Of a stretch of 45,601 nt of DNA, positions 17,794-25,414 are shown in pieces. Location of the stretch: contig JACMIX010000046.1 of assembly GCA_014380935.1 (NCBI GenBank), forward strand, positions 1-45,601, written 5' to 3'. The notes below the pieces were generated by a model. That model saw nothing but the letters and a program-made list of their open reading frames with translations, did no database searches and was not told the DNA's origin. A program made the position numbers and the translations under genes. The stretch is from Gloeobacterales cyanobacterium ES-bin-141 (GTDB taxonomy: Bacteria > Cyanobacteriota > Cyanobacteriia > Gloeobacterales > Gloeobacteraceae). The number at the start of each line of letters is the position of its first letter. Within the stretch, counting starts at the first letter, position 1.

Positions 17794-17955
17794 AAACTGA
17801 ATTGCACGAGCTACTCTGTTCTGTTGCTTGGTTGAGGCAGCAAACACCTAAACGCGATTGCAGCTACCTTATGAAAAATAGCGGCCCTGCACTTCCACAT
17901 GCCGTATCCGAGAATACACGGGGGTACGGACTTAAGTAACCACCCACATCGCACG

Positions 17956-19413
17956 TTAGTAGGCACCGCTTCTTTGTAGAACAACCCTGATCGTTTTTAA
18001 TAGGATTTGCCAGTCAAGCCAGAGCGACCAACTCTCGATGTACGTGACATCCAGACGGACTACTTGCTCAAAGTCCGTGATGTCCGAACGGCCAGAGACC
18101 TGCCACAAACCTGTCAGCCCGGGCAGTACTTCATTGCGTATAAAGTGATGTTCTTCAAACTTCTGCGAGTCGTGTACGGAGAAGGGGCGGGGGCCGACAA
18201 GACTCATGTCTCCCAGTAAAACGTTGAACAACTGCGGCAACTCATCTAGACTGTAACGCCGCAGAAATTTGCCCACACGCGTGACTCGCGGATCTTCCTT
18301 CATTTTGAATAGGAAGCCATCCTTCATTTCATTCTTTTCTTCTAGTTCTTTCTGCATTTTCTCTGCATTCACGACCATCGAGCGAAACTTCCAGATCTTG
18401 AAGTGATGGCCTTTAAGACCCACACGGTCTTGCTTGTAGAGTAGAGGACCGGGCGAATCGAGTTTGATGAGGAGCATGATTAACAGATAGAGAGGGCTGA
18501 CAAATACCAGAATCGATAAAGTCGCCAGGATATCAAAGCTCCGTTTTACCCAGAAGTCGCTTCCTGTGACGAGTGGAGGAGAAAACCGCGCGCAGGGCAG
18601 TCCCCCGATCATCTGTAGTTCTGCTTTCTGGCAGACTGGTTCGAACCCAACCGGTAGAATGTGAAGCGTGATCCCGGCATTGCGCAGACTCCAGTACAAA
18701 AACATCGGATCTTTGACTGAATCCCACGAACACACGAAAACCTCGGTTACGCGCAAAGAACAGATTTTCTCAAGAACCGCCTCCCAATCTCGTCCACTCC
18801 AGTCATTGACATCGGAAGATCCCAGAATGTTGTAACGGTTCTCCTGGGCCAGTAAATGGACGGCTTTCTGGGTGTCCTGGGGGTGACCAAGCATGAAGAC
18901 CGGATAGCGTCCTGTACCTTGCTTACGGAAATGCTCAACGACAATGTTGATGCCGAAACGACCTACTAAGATAAACATCGCGCTCAAGAACCAGGCAAGT
19001 ACAAAGGTTATGCGTGAGACAAAAATACCCGGTCTATAAAAGAAAGCAATCAGGAGCAGGAGGATATGGGCAAACGTGACTGCCTTGGTAAGGCCCAAGT
19101 AATCACGCCGCTTGCTCCCTGATTGGTACAAACCCTCAGTTGCCATCAACCCGATTACGATGACAAGAATCGGCAACAGCGAGAGTGGATTTTGCTCTAC
19201 ATTCCAGGGGGAGATTGATCTTGTGCTACCCAGTGCCTCTGCCAGTTGCCAGGCAGCAGACAACAATACGCTATCCAGCAGAATTAACGTGGTGATCCGC
19301 AGCCATCCGGCACCAAGCCCGCGCCGGAGACCAGTGAAGATCGGTGCACGCAGATCGGACTTAAAATTTGCCTGAGAAGATTTTCTTTGGGGTACCGTAG
19401 ATAACTTAACCAC
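17956..19413 (-). CDS. Polyprenyl-phosphate hexose-1-phosphate transferase (WbaP/WcaJ-type priming sugar transferase)
   Basis: N-terminal TM bundle plus the canonical Bac_transf domain KRSFDILATLSILVFVSPLYL...KFRSM...DELPQLFNVLLGDMSLVGPRP. GTG start at 19411-19413 with AAGGAG 8 nt upstream. Confidence 0.9.
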   Translation of the reverse strand: MVKLSTVPQRKSSQANFKSDLRAPIFTGLRRGLGAGWLRITTLILLDSVLLSAAWQLAEALGSTRSISPWNVEQNPLSLLPILVIVIGLMATEGLYQSGSKRRDYLGLTKAVTFAHILLLLIAFFYRPGIFVSRITFVLAWFLSAMFILVGRFGINIVVEHFRKQGTGRYPVFMLGHPQDTQKAVHLLAQENRYNILGSSDVNDWSGRDWEAVLEKICSLRVTEVFVCSWDSVKDPMFLYWSLRNAGITLHILPVGFEPVCQKAELQMIGGLPCARFSPPLVTGSDFWVKRSFDILATLSILVFVSPLYLLIMLLIKLDSPGPLLYKQDRVGLKGHHFKIWKFRSMVVNAEKMQKELEEKNEMKDGFLFKMKEDPRVTRVGKFLRRYSLDELPQLFNVLLGDMSLVGPRPFSVHDSQKFEEHHFIRNEVLPGLTGLWQVSGRSDITDFEQVVRLDVTYIESWSLWLDWQILLKTIRVVLQRSGAY

Positions 19414-19456
19414 GAGTTACACTCCTTGGCTTGGGGTTCTCTAGTGAAGGTTCGAT

Positions 19457-20626
19457 CTAGTCAAGATTCACACGGGTGGGTGAAGCTCTTTTACTTTCGA
19501 GTTCCCCCTCAGGTTCGTACAATGCCACTCCCCGTACGGCCAGGGATTTATAGGCATCGGCTACAGCATTCCAGTCGTAGTAGTCTCGCACTCGCCTCTG
19601 GAGTTGCTCGTGGCGGGTAGGTGATGCCAGAACCCTTCTAAAGTTCTCAGCCAAGCTATCGACTGTGAAGTACTCGCCTAGATCCCCGAGTGCTTCAAGA
19701 CTGAAGGGACTGTCTATAGCTAGAATGCGCGGACACAAAGCCATGGCCTCGAGCAAAGCCGGATTGGTCCCACCGACAGAATTTCCGTGAGCGTAGAAGG
19801 CACAATTACGCCTCAACACGCTGACAACGTCCGCATCGTAGACTGCCGAGCGGATAACGAGCCCGTTGTCCGGCTCAGAGAGGTTGAGCAGTTCGGCGCT
19901 GTAGGGTGTCTTCTGCTTGTAGCCGATGACCAGATGCTTGAAGCCACTCTGGCTCAAACCGGAAGCAATAAAACCCTGGGCGATCTCGACCGGTAGATTG
20001 TCCGGTTCTATACGGGTAATCTGCAAAGAATACATCCCTGGCTCAACACCATACTCCTCCAATATCTCGGCTGCGCGCGCCGGGGAAACCTGGGGTGGGG
20101 TAGGAGCACCATACGGAATAAACGTTGATCTCGCTCCGAAACGCTTGCGGTAGTAAATACCCAATGCCCGAGAGTCTGAGATGATGCTCTTGCAAAGTTT
20201 AGAGACAATTGCAGAAGAAGCAATGTAATAGATTTTGAAGGGCAAAGACCATTTCGGCCTGCGCCATTCAAGACCATCCGTGTTGACGCTGATCGGCATT
20301 CCCGCAAGCTGAGTCATGAGAATGCCAGGCAAGTTTGCGTTGTTGAACCAGAAAACATGCTGGTACTGACTGCGGTTACGGATGAGATGCCATCCTGTCT
20401 GAATAGATGATACAAAAGTATCCAGTTGATTAACTTTAGACCCAGATACATAGACCAACTTTCGACCTTCAAAATAGCTTGGACGCTCGTCGTATAAACC
20501 TGTCCTGCAAAAAACTTCGCAATCGAGTCCGCTAGATGTAAGACGAGAAGTAATCTCTTCCACGGCAGTCTCAAATCCGCCGTATCTTGCTGGTAAACCA
20601 CGCGTGCCGCAAAATGCAATTTTCAC
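19457..20626 (-). CDS. Glycosyltransferase with DUF1972-type N-terminus (WchF/RgpA-like, possible rhamnosyltransferase)
   Basis: N-terminus VKIAFCGTRGLPARYGGFETAVEE is typical of DUF1972 GT-B enzymes. GTG at 20624-20626 has GGGAGA 6 nt upstream. The 51-aa ORF-track extension has no supporting features. Confidence 0.75.
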   Translation of the reverse strand: MKIAFCGTRGLPARYGGFETAVEEITSRLTSSGLDCEVFCRTGLYDERPSYFEGRKLVYVSGSKVNQLDTFVSSIQTGWHLIRNRSQYQHVFWFNNANLPGILMTQLAGMPISVNTDGLEWRRPKWSLPFKIYYIASSAIVSKLCKSIISDSRALGIYYRKRFGARSTFIPYGAPTPPQVSPARAAEILEEYGVEPGMYSLQITRIEPDNLPVEIAQGFIASGLSQSGFKHLVIGYKQKTPYSAELLNLSEPDNGLVIRSAVYDADVVSVLRRNCAFYAHGNSVGGTNPALLEAMALCPRILAIDSPFSLEALGDLGEYFTVDSLAENFRRVLASPTRHEQLQRRVRDYYDWNAVADAYKSLAVRGVALYEPEGELESKRASPTRVNLD

Positions 20627-20873
20627 ACACACTCTCCCTTTTCGGACTAGTTCTAAATGCTGCTTGATTCTTTGCAGCCCCATAGGCAGCTTCAGGCGAT
20701 TTCTAACCCGAAGCAAATACATACCGACGTAAATATTCCTCGTCTCTACATCAGATTGGCGTAGTCGAGAGCTGCACAAACATCTATAGCGTGGATGTTT
20801 GCCCTTGAATTCGAAACGCAGGTAGCCAGCTAATCCGTACCCTAAGATTGCTTTGCCCCCGCTTCACGCGGGC

Positions 20874-21773
20874 CTACCGCTGGGATTCACCACCTAGCTG
20901 CAACCGCAGCCTCTCGGCAGCCCGAGAGTACTTGACGCGTACATGCACAAAAACCACGCTACTCTTCTGGACGAAACCTTTCAGCTTTTTGTCAGAACTC
21001 ACTCGGGATACAAAGCCAACGGGTGGCAACAGATCTCTGACGATGCTCACGGCGGACGCAGCAATTTTTGAGGACGTGCTCCGTTTATCTCGGTCGCGCC
21101 AGCCACCCACAAGTCGCACTTTCTGCTTGCGCAGTTCGTTAAAAGAATGTCTGGCGGGATGCGCTACACGAACATCGTCCGCATAAACCAGTCTGTATCC
21201 AGCAGTGAATACACGCTTACCCCAATCGCTGTCACCACTGGACTTGAGTGTGTCGCTGAAATGGCCAACTTTCTCAAGCACAGTTTTAGAAGTAAACAGG
21301 TTCGCGGTCACGCTGAATCTCTCCACTTCAACGTACCTTTGCTGTGGAAAGGCCACGAGCCTTTCGTATAGTTCAACAGCCGTGGGTTGGGAAGCATCTC
21401 GAAAGAAGATTTCTACTTTACCGCCAACAAGACCACAATTGGTTTCGCGAAGCAGGGTATCCACTCCCCGCTCGATCCAATTCTGAGCAGGTATACAATC
21501 AGCATCCGTAAAAGCAATAATCTCACCTTTGGCAAGGGAAAGGCCTTTATTACGAGCTGCGTAAGAGCCTGGTTTGCTTTCGGATGTAGCGATTGCTTGA
21601 CTGAAGTGATGAACCAAAGGCTCGATACTTTTGTCCGAACCGTTATCAACAGCAATCACTTCGTACCTATTGCGTGGATAGGTTTGCTTCTCCAGAGCCT
21701 CCAAACAAGTCTGGAGACGCTCGAGATCGTTATAGACCGGAATTATGACGGAGACAAGTGGTTCAAGCAGCAT
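20874..21773 (-). CDS. Glycosyltransferase family 2
   Basis: VSVIIPVYNDLERLQTCLEALEKQTY...VIAVDNGSD...AFTDADC, the classic GT2 (GT-A) N-terminal domain. ATG at 21771-21773. Confidence 0.85.
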   Translation of the reverse strand: MLLEPLVSVIIPVYNDLERLQTCLEALEKQTYPRNRYEVIAVDNGSDKSIEPLVHHFSQAIATSESKPGSYAARNKGLSLAKGEIIAFTDADCIPAQNWIERGVDTLLRETNCGLVGGKVEIFFRDASQPTAVELYERLVAFPQQRYVEVERFSVTANLFTSKTVLEKVGHFSDTLKSSGDSDWGKRVFTAGYRLVYADDVRVAHPARHSFNELRKQKVRLVGGWRDRDKRSTSSKIAASAVSIVRDLLPPVGFVSRVSSDKKLKGFVQKSSVVFVHVRVKYSRAAERLRLQLGGESQR

Positions 21774-21806
21774 AATTACACCACTCCTCTAAAGTATGTC
21801 TTGTCT

Positions 21807-23636
21807 CTACACTGGTAGAGACTGTAAGTTGTGATAGGACCAGTACAGACCACGGTTCGCAATCAACTGCTCGTGAGGTCCTTGCTCGGTGATGCGGCCC
21901 TGGTCCATGACTACAATGCGGTCCGCATTGCGGACGGTGGCCAGACGATGCGCAATGACGATCACAGTTCGGTTTGCGCGCAGACGCTCCAATGCCTCTT
22001 GCACCAGATTCTCCGATTGAGAGTCGAGAGCACTCGTTGCCTCATCAAGGATCAGAATGTCCGGATCCCTGAGGATAGCCCTTGCGATCGAGATTCTCTG
22101 TCTCTGCCCACCGGAGAGCTGAATCCCTTTATCTCCAACCAGGGTCGCGTAGCCATTGGGCAATTGACAGATAAATTCGTGCGCGTTCGCCAGACGCGCA
22201 GCCTCAATGACTTGTAGATCGGTGACGTCATCTAGACCGTAGGCGATGTTGTCACGGATCGAGGTATTGAATATGTAAGTGTCTTGATTAACAATCGCTA
22301 TACGGCTACGCAAAGAAGTCAGATCGTATTCGGTAATACTACGACCATCGAGTTCAATCGTTCCATCAGAAATGTCGTAGAGACGTGGAACTAGAGCAGC
22401 TAGCGTTGACTTTCCGGCTCCAGACGCTCCAACCAAGGCAACTGTCTGACCGTAAGGCACCTCGAGATTGAATTCCTTCAAGACCGCGGCTCTGCCGGTG
22501 TAGGCAAAAGTCACATTCCGGAAGGAAATGCCCTCGCACAAACCCGTGAACTTTACTTTGCCCGAGAACACCGGGTACTTTGACACTAGTGAAAATCCTT
22601 CGGCAACTTTCCTAAACGAAGCAGCATGCTCTTGAATATGTCCCCTGGAAAGATTTAACTTCTTTGTTACAGGAACAATTTTAATGAGAACCAGCATGAA
22701 TATGAGCAGTTGCGATGTCTCGAGAAGCCCTTGGGCAATAAAGAGTGTGTAACTGCAGACGAGAATGACCATGGCAGCTGCCATGGTTGTGAGCTCCGTG
22801 AGTGGGTCAATCAAACTGCGCTTGTTAGAGACATCCTCGCTGGTATCCATCAATTCGTCGCACATAGCGTTGAAGCGCTCTGTCTCGTAGCCTTCTGCTC
22901 CAAAAGACTTCACGACACGCACACCGCCTAGGACATCTGAGATCTTGGCACTCAGGGTGCGCTTGCGATTTACATTAATAGCACCAGCCGTCTTAATCTT
23001 CTTAACTAGAAGGGTCAGCCCGATCGCTACCGAGCCAATCAACACGACGGTCAGGATTGTCAGCTGCCAGGAGACGAGAACAAGTATTCCCAAGTATGCT
23101 GCCAAGACTAGCGCACTCGACAGAATAGTAAAGAAGGAGGACATTATCACACTGATACCGTATATCTCAACAAGCAGAGTGCTGGTCAATTTGCCAAGCT
23201 GAGTGGTATCAAAGAAAGTCATCGGGGCGTTGAGGTAAGCCTCGTACAATCGCTTCCTCAAAATAGTAATGCAGGATTCTTGATATAATGAGGTAAGTAC
23301 ATGAGAAACATAGTTGAACCCTGCTTTGACGATAAAAACTGTGACTAGAGCTAATGCAAACGTTATAACTAAACTACTTTTATCCTGTTGACTTATCCAG
23401 GTATTGAGACTTTCTATGGGCAACTGTAAACTTCTCGAATCCTCATTCTTAGAAAGGATGAGCTTCAAGAACGGAAGCATCAGAGCAATACTCAAGCCAT
23501 CGAGTAAGGATGAAATCGCCATCATCGCCAGTCCGAGGTAGAGAGGAACCCGCGGAACATCTCGAGTCAAAGACAATAGCTTCTTGACGTTTCCGTATTT
23601 ATCCTTAGAGTTCAAATTAAGTACTGCCTGAGCCAC
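21807..23636 (-). CDS. Fused TMD-NBD ABC exporter (MsbA/PglK-like)
   Basis: Six-TM domain followed by Walker A GASGAGKST, signature LSGGQRQR and Walker B ILILDEATSALD. GTG at 23636 has GGAGG 9 nt upstream. The ORF-track start at 23678 is a TTG without an RBS, so the start is uncertain. Confidence 0.85.
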   Translation of the reverse strand: MAQAVLNLNSKDKYGNVKKLLSLTRDVPRVPLYLGLAMMAISSLLDGLSIALMLPFLKLILSKNEDSRSLQLPIESLNTWISQQDKSSLVITFALALVTVFIVKAGFNYVSHVLTSLYQESCITILRKRLYEAYLNAPMTFFDTTQLGKLTSTLLVEIYGISVIMSSFFTILSSALVLAAYLGILVLVSWQLTILTVVLIGSVAIGLTLLVKKIKTAGAINVNRKRTLSAKISDVLGGVRVVKSFGAEGYETERFNAMCDELMDTSEDVSNKRSLIDPLTELTTMAAAMVILVCSYTLFIAQGLLETSQLLIFMLVLIKIVPVTKKLNLSRGHIQEHAASFRKVAEGFSLVSKYPVFSGKVKFTGLCEGISFRNVTFAYTGRAAVLKEFNLEVPYGQTVALVGASGAGKSTLAALVPRLYDISDGTIELDGRSITEYDLTSLRSRIAIVNQDTYIFNTSIRDNIAYGLDDVTDLQVIEAARLANAHEFICQLPNGYATLVGDKGIQLSGGQRQRISIARAILRDPDILILDEATSALDSQSENLVQEALERLRANRTVIVIAHRLATVRNADRIVVMDQGRITEQGPHEQLIANRGLYWSYHNLQSLPV

Positions 23637-23724
23637 AGCTATTGACCTCCATGTAAGTTCACAAGTCAGACCAAACAAGTTGCAAGATTAAACTTGTAGA
23701 TACTTGACCGAAGCATATATCCCA

Positions 23725-23730
23725 ATTATA
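23725..23730 (-). promoter_or_regulatory. Candidate -10 box for the ABC exporter/GT operon
   Basis: A perfect TATAAT on the minus strand (attata on plus) lies about 47 nt upstream of the TTG at 23678 and about 90 nt upstream of the GTG at 23636. No convincing -35 was seen. Confidence 0.3.
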
Positions 23731-23932
23731 CCGTCCTAGGGGAATCTTCCTCTAGAGCGACTGCTTTCACAATGATTATGAATGCCTTCACAAACCGTCT
23801 GTCACCTCAGTGACAGGCAACTCTTAAATCCTCTGTGCAGATATGAATGCTCGAGTAATGACCGTTGTGAGCGCTTGTGATCTCGACGCTCGCGTTACCC
23901 TCTGTCATCAAGCAGCCACAACATCCCTACTG

Positions 23933-23981
23933 CAAGGACAAGTCAAGCGCACTCGAGGTGTCGTCTCGAAAAGTCCACTGC
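23933..23981 (+). repeat. Copy B of the conserved non-coding element (core AGCGCACTCGAGGTGTCGTCTC)
   Basis: See copy A at 17745-17793. It lies in the ~800-nt non-coding gap between the divergent ABC exporter operon and the 24478 gene. Confidence 0.7.
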
Positions 23982-24477
23982 GGTCAAACCGCGGGAAGGC
24001 TACCTATACTACACTCTGTACTTGGAACTTACAAGCTGAGTTTGCTTAAGAATCTCACACAACGCTTCAGGCACTCCTCACATACAAAAGTTTATCACCA
24101 ATCTCTTTGGGCACAGGGAACAGTATAGCTTTTTGAGTTCTGAGCATACGTGTTGCACAATACATTACTGTACTGAACGAGATAAGTTCAACAAGAATAT
24201 CAGTGGGTAAAGGTTCTACCGCTTCTACGTACTAACACTGACTTGCATTGAGTATGCACTTTAGGCCTCGGTACATCACACAGAATACGGTTTCATGTTA
24301 TGTTAATTTACTATACGAAGTACTGGAGCGATTTCCTCTCTCAGGCTCTTGTTCATCGATCTGTCAAATTCAATTCGCCAATCCATCGTAAGTAAGTCTG
24401 AGTTGCATCTGGGATTGGTGCAAGTGCAAGTCAAACACGTTCCTCTCTCACCCTCTACAAGCACACGAGGTTTCCCC

Positions 24478-24885
24478 ATGACCTGTAAGCGTAGTAAACG
24501 TCACAAGGTTCATCGTTTTCATTGTCCTACTTGTTCTGGCCGCCTGTGGCGCCTAGGTAGTCCCAAGCACTATTTGTTTTACACGGACCTTTCTGAGCTC
24601 ACTCAGCATACTGGCATGTTGCATAAGAGGGCAGCCTCTCTGGCCGTCAAAGGTGACTACGTTGACCGCAGCAGTTGGCTTGAAGAATTCTTTTGTGGTG
24701 AGCACGGCAAAATGTGGATGGTCATTCGCCAAGATGAGACTGGCATGTTGATGGCAGTCCCAGCTGACGAGCGCGACTGGAAGCACACTACCGGTACTGT
24801 TAATCCAAACATTCCCAATCCCTCTGTAAGCGAGTTCACTTATCGCATGAGCCGCCGAGCTACTGGGCAGCTCACCTACGGCTGA
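24478..24885 (+). CDS. Hypothetical small basic protein with a putative zinc-ribbon (CPxC ... CGEH)
   Basis: ATG at 24478 gives MTCKRSKRHKVHRFHCPTCSGRLWRL...FFCGEHGKMWMV (135 aa). A strong terminator follows. The upstream 43 codons of the track ORF look non-coding. No family was recognised. Confidence 0.55.
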   Translation: MTCKRSKRHKVHRFHCPTCSGRLWRLGSPKHYLFYTDLSELTQHTGMLHKRAASLAVKGDYVDRSSWLEEFFCGEHGKMWMVIRQDETGMLMAVPADERDWKHTTGTVNPNIPNPSVSEFTYRMSRRATGQLTYG

Positions 24886-24915
24886 GTAAGACTCAGTTGT
24901 TATAAGAGGGACATT

Positions 24916-24952
24916 CTGCGCTAGCCCATACAAGCTGGCGCAGATGTTTTTT
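24916..24952 (+). terminator. Intrinsic terminator of the 24478 gene
   Basis: A 10-bp stem CTGCGCTAGC / GCTGGCGCAG (one G-U pair) with an 8-nt loop is followed by ATGTTTTTT. Confidence 0.75.
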
Positions 24953-25414
24953 AAAGTTTGCACTCAGATGTGAGCGAGCAGTATAGGTGTAATTGTGCGT
25001 TATAGCTTCAAGTGAGCGTCGCCGTGAGCAACGCTAGCTACACAGCTGTCATGCGGTGACATTCGGTTCGAGGCTTGCAAGTCGCCTTTTACTTCTACTG
25101 ACCGACAGCGTTGGATGTGTCCTGACGCATTTTTTGAAGTTTGCGCTGAGGCTCTTACTGTCCCTCCAGTCAAAGTTATAACTAACATATCAAGACATGC
25201 TGGCCATCTAATAATTCAGTTAGACCACTGAACTCGGTGAAACAGTTTCTGCGCGCAGTTCATATTGAAGCCGTTCCACACATTATGCGCCTCACCTGCT
25301 ACAACCCAGGACATAGACTCGTACAGTCTATAACTACCGTAAGGACGATGGAAAAGTGGGTTATGCGTCCTACATTGATGGTTGAATGCTAATCGCAATC
25401 GAAGGAATAAAACT

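Noticed and set aside
17703-17939. 78-aa ORF, and the 68-aa ORF at 23843..24049, sharing the peptide-like match RTQGVVSN / RTRGVVSK: possible paralogous micro-proteins.
   Set aside because: The nucleotide mismatches between the two copies are spread over codon positions 1, 2 and 3 rather than concentrated at position 3. Similarity is confined to about 49 nt. Neither ORF has an RBS. I therefore treat them as a non-coding repeat.
23933-23981. Resemblance of the repeat core to RNase P RNA conserved blocks (GAGCGCAC as in GUAAGAGCGCACC; GAAAAGTCCAC versus GGAAAGUCC).
   Set aside because: The universally conserved GGAAAGUCC and ACAGAAnCCGGCUUA blocks are not actually present. The region is too AT-rich. 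The motif also occurs in the 376-nt glpX spacer, which is already too short for a full-length RNase P RNA.
25064-25075. GGTTCGAGG, which resembles a tRNA T-arm.
   Set aside because: No acceptor stem, D-arm or anticodon arm can be built around it. No cloverleaf was found here or in any other spacer.
25000-25398. 62-aa and 60-aa minus-strand ORFs in the spacer before the stress-protein gene.
   Set aside because: They have no RBS and odd composition (Cys/His/Asn-rich). They lie in an AT-rich non-coding region, and one overlaps the second terminator-like hairpin.
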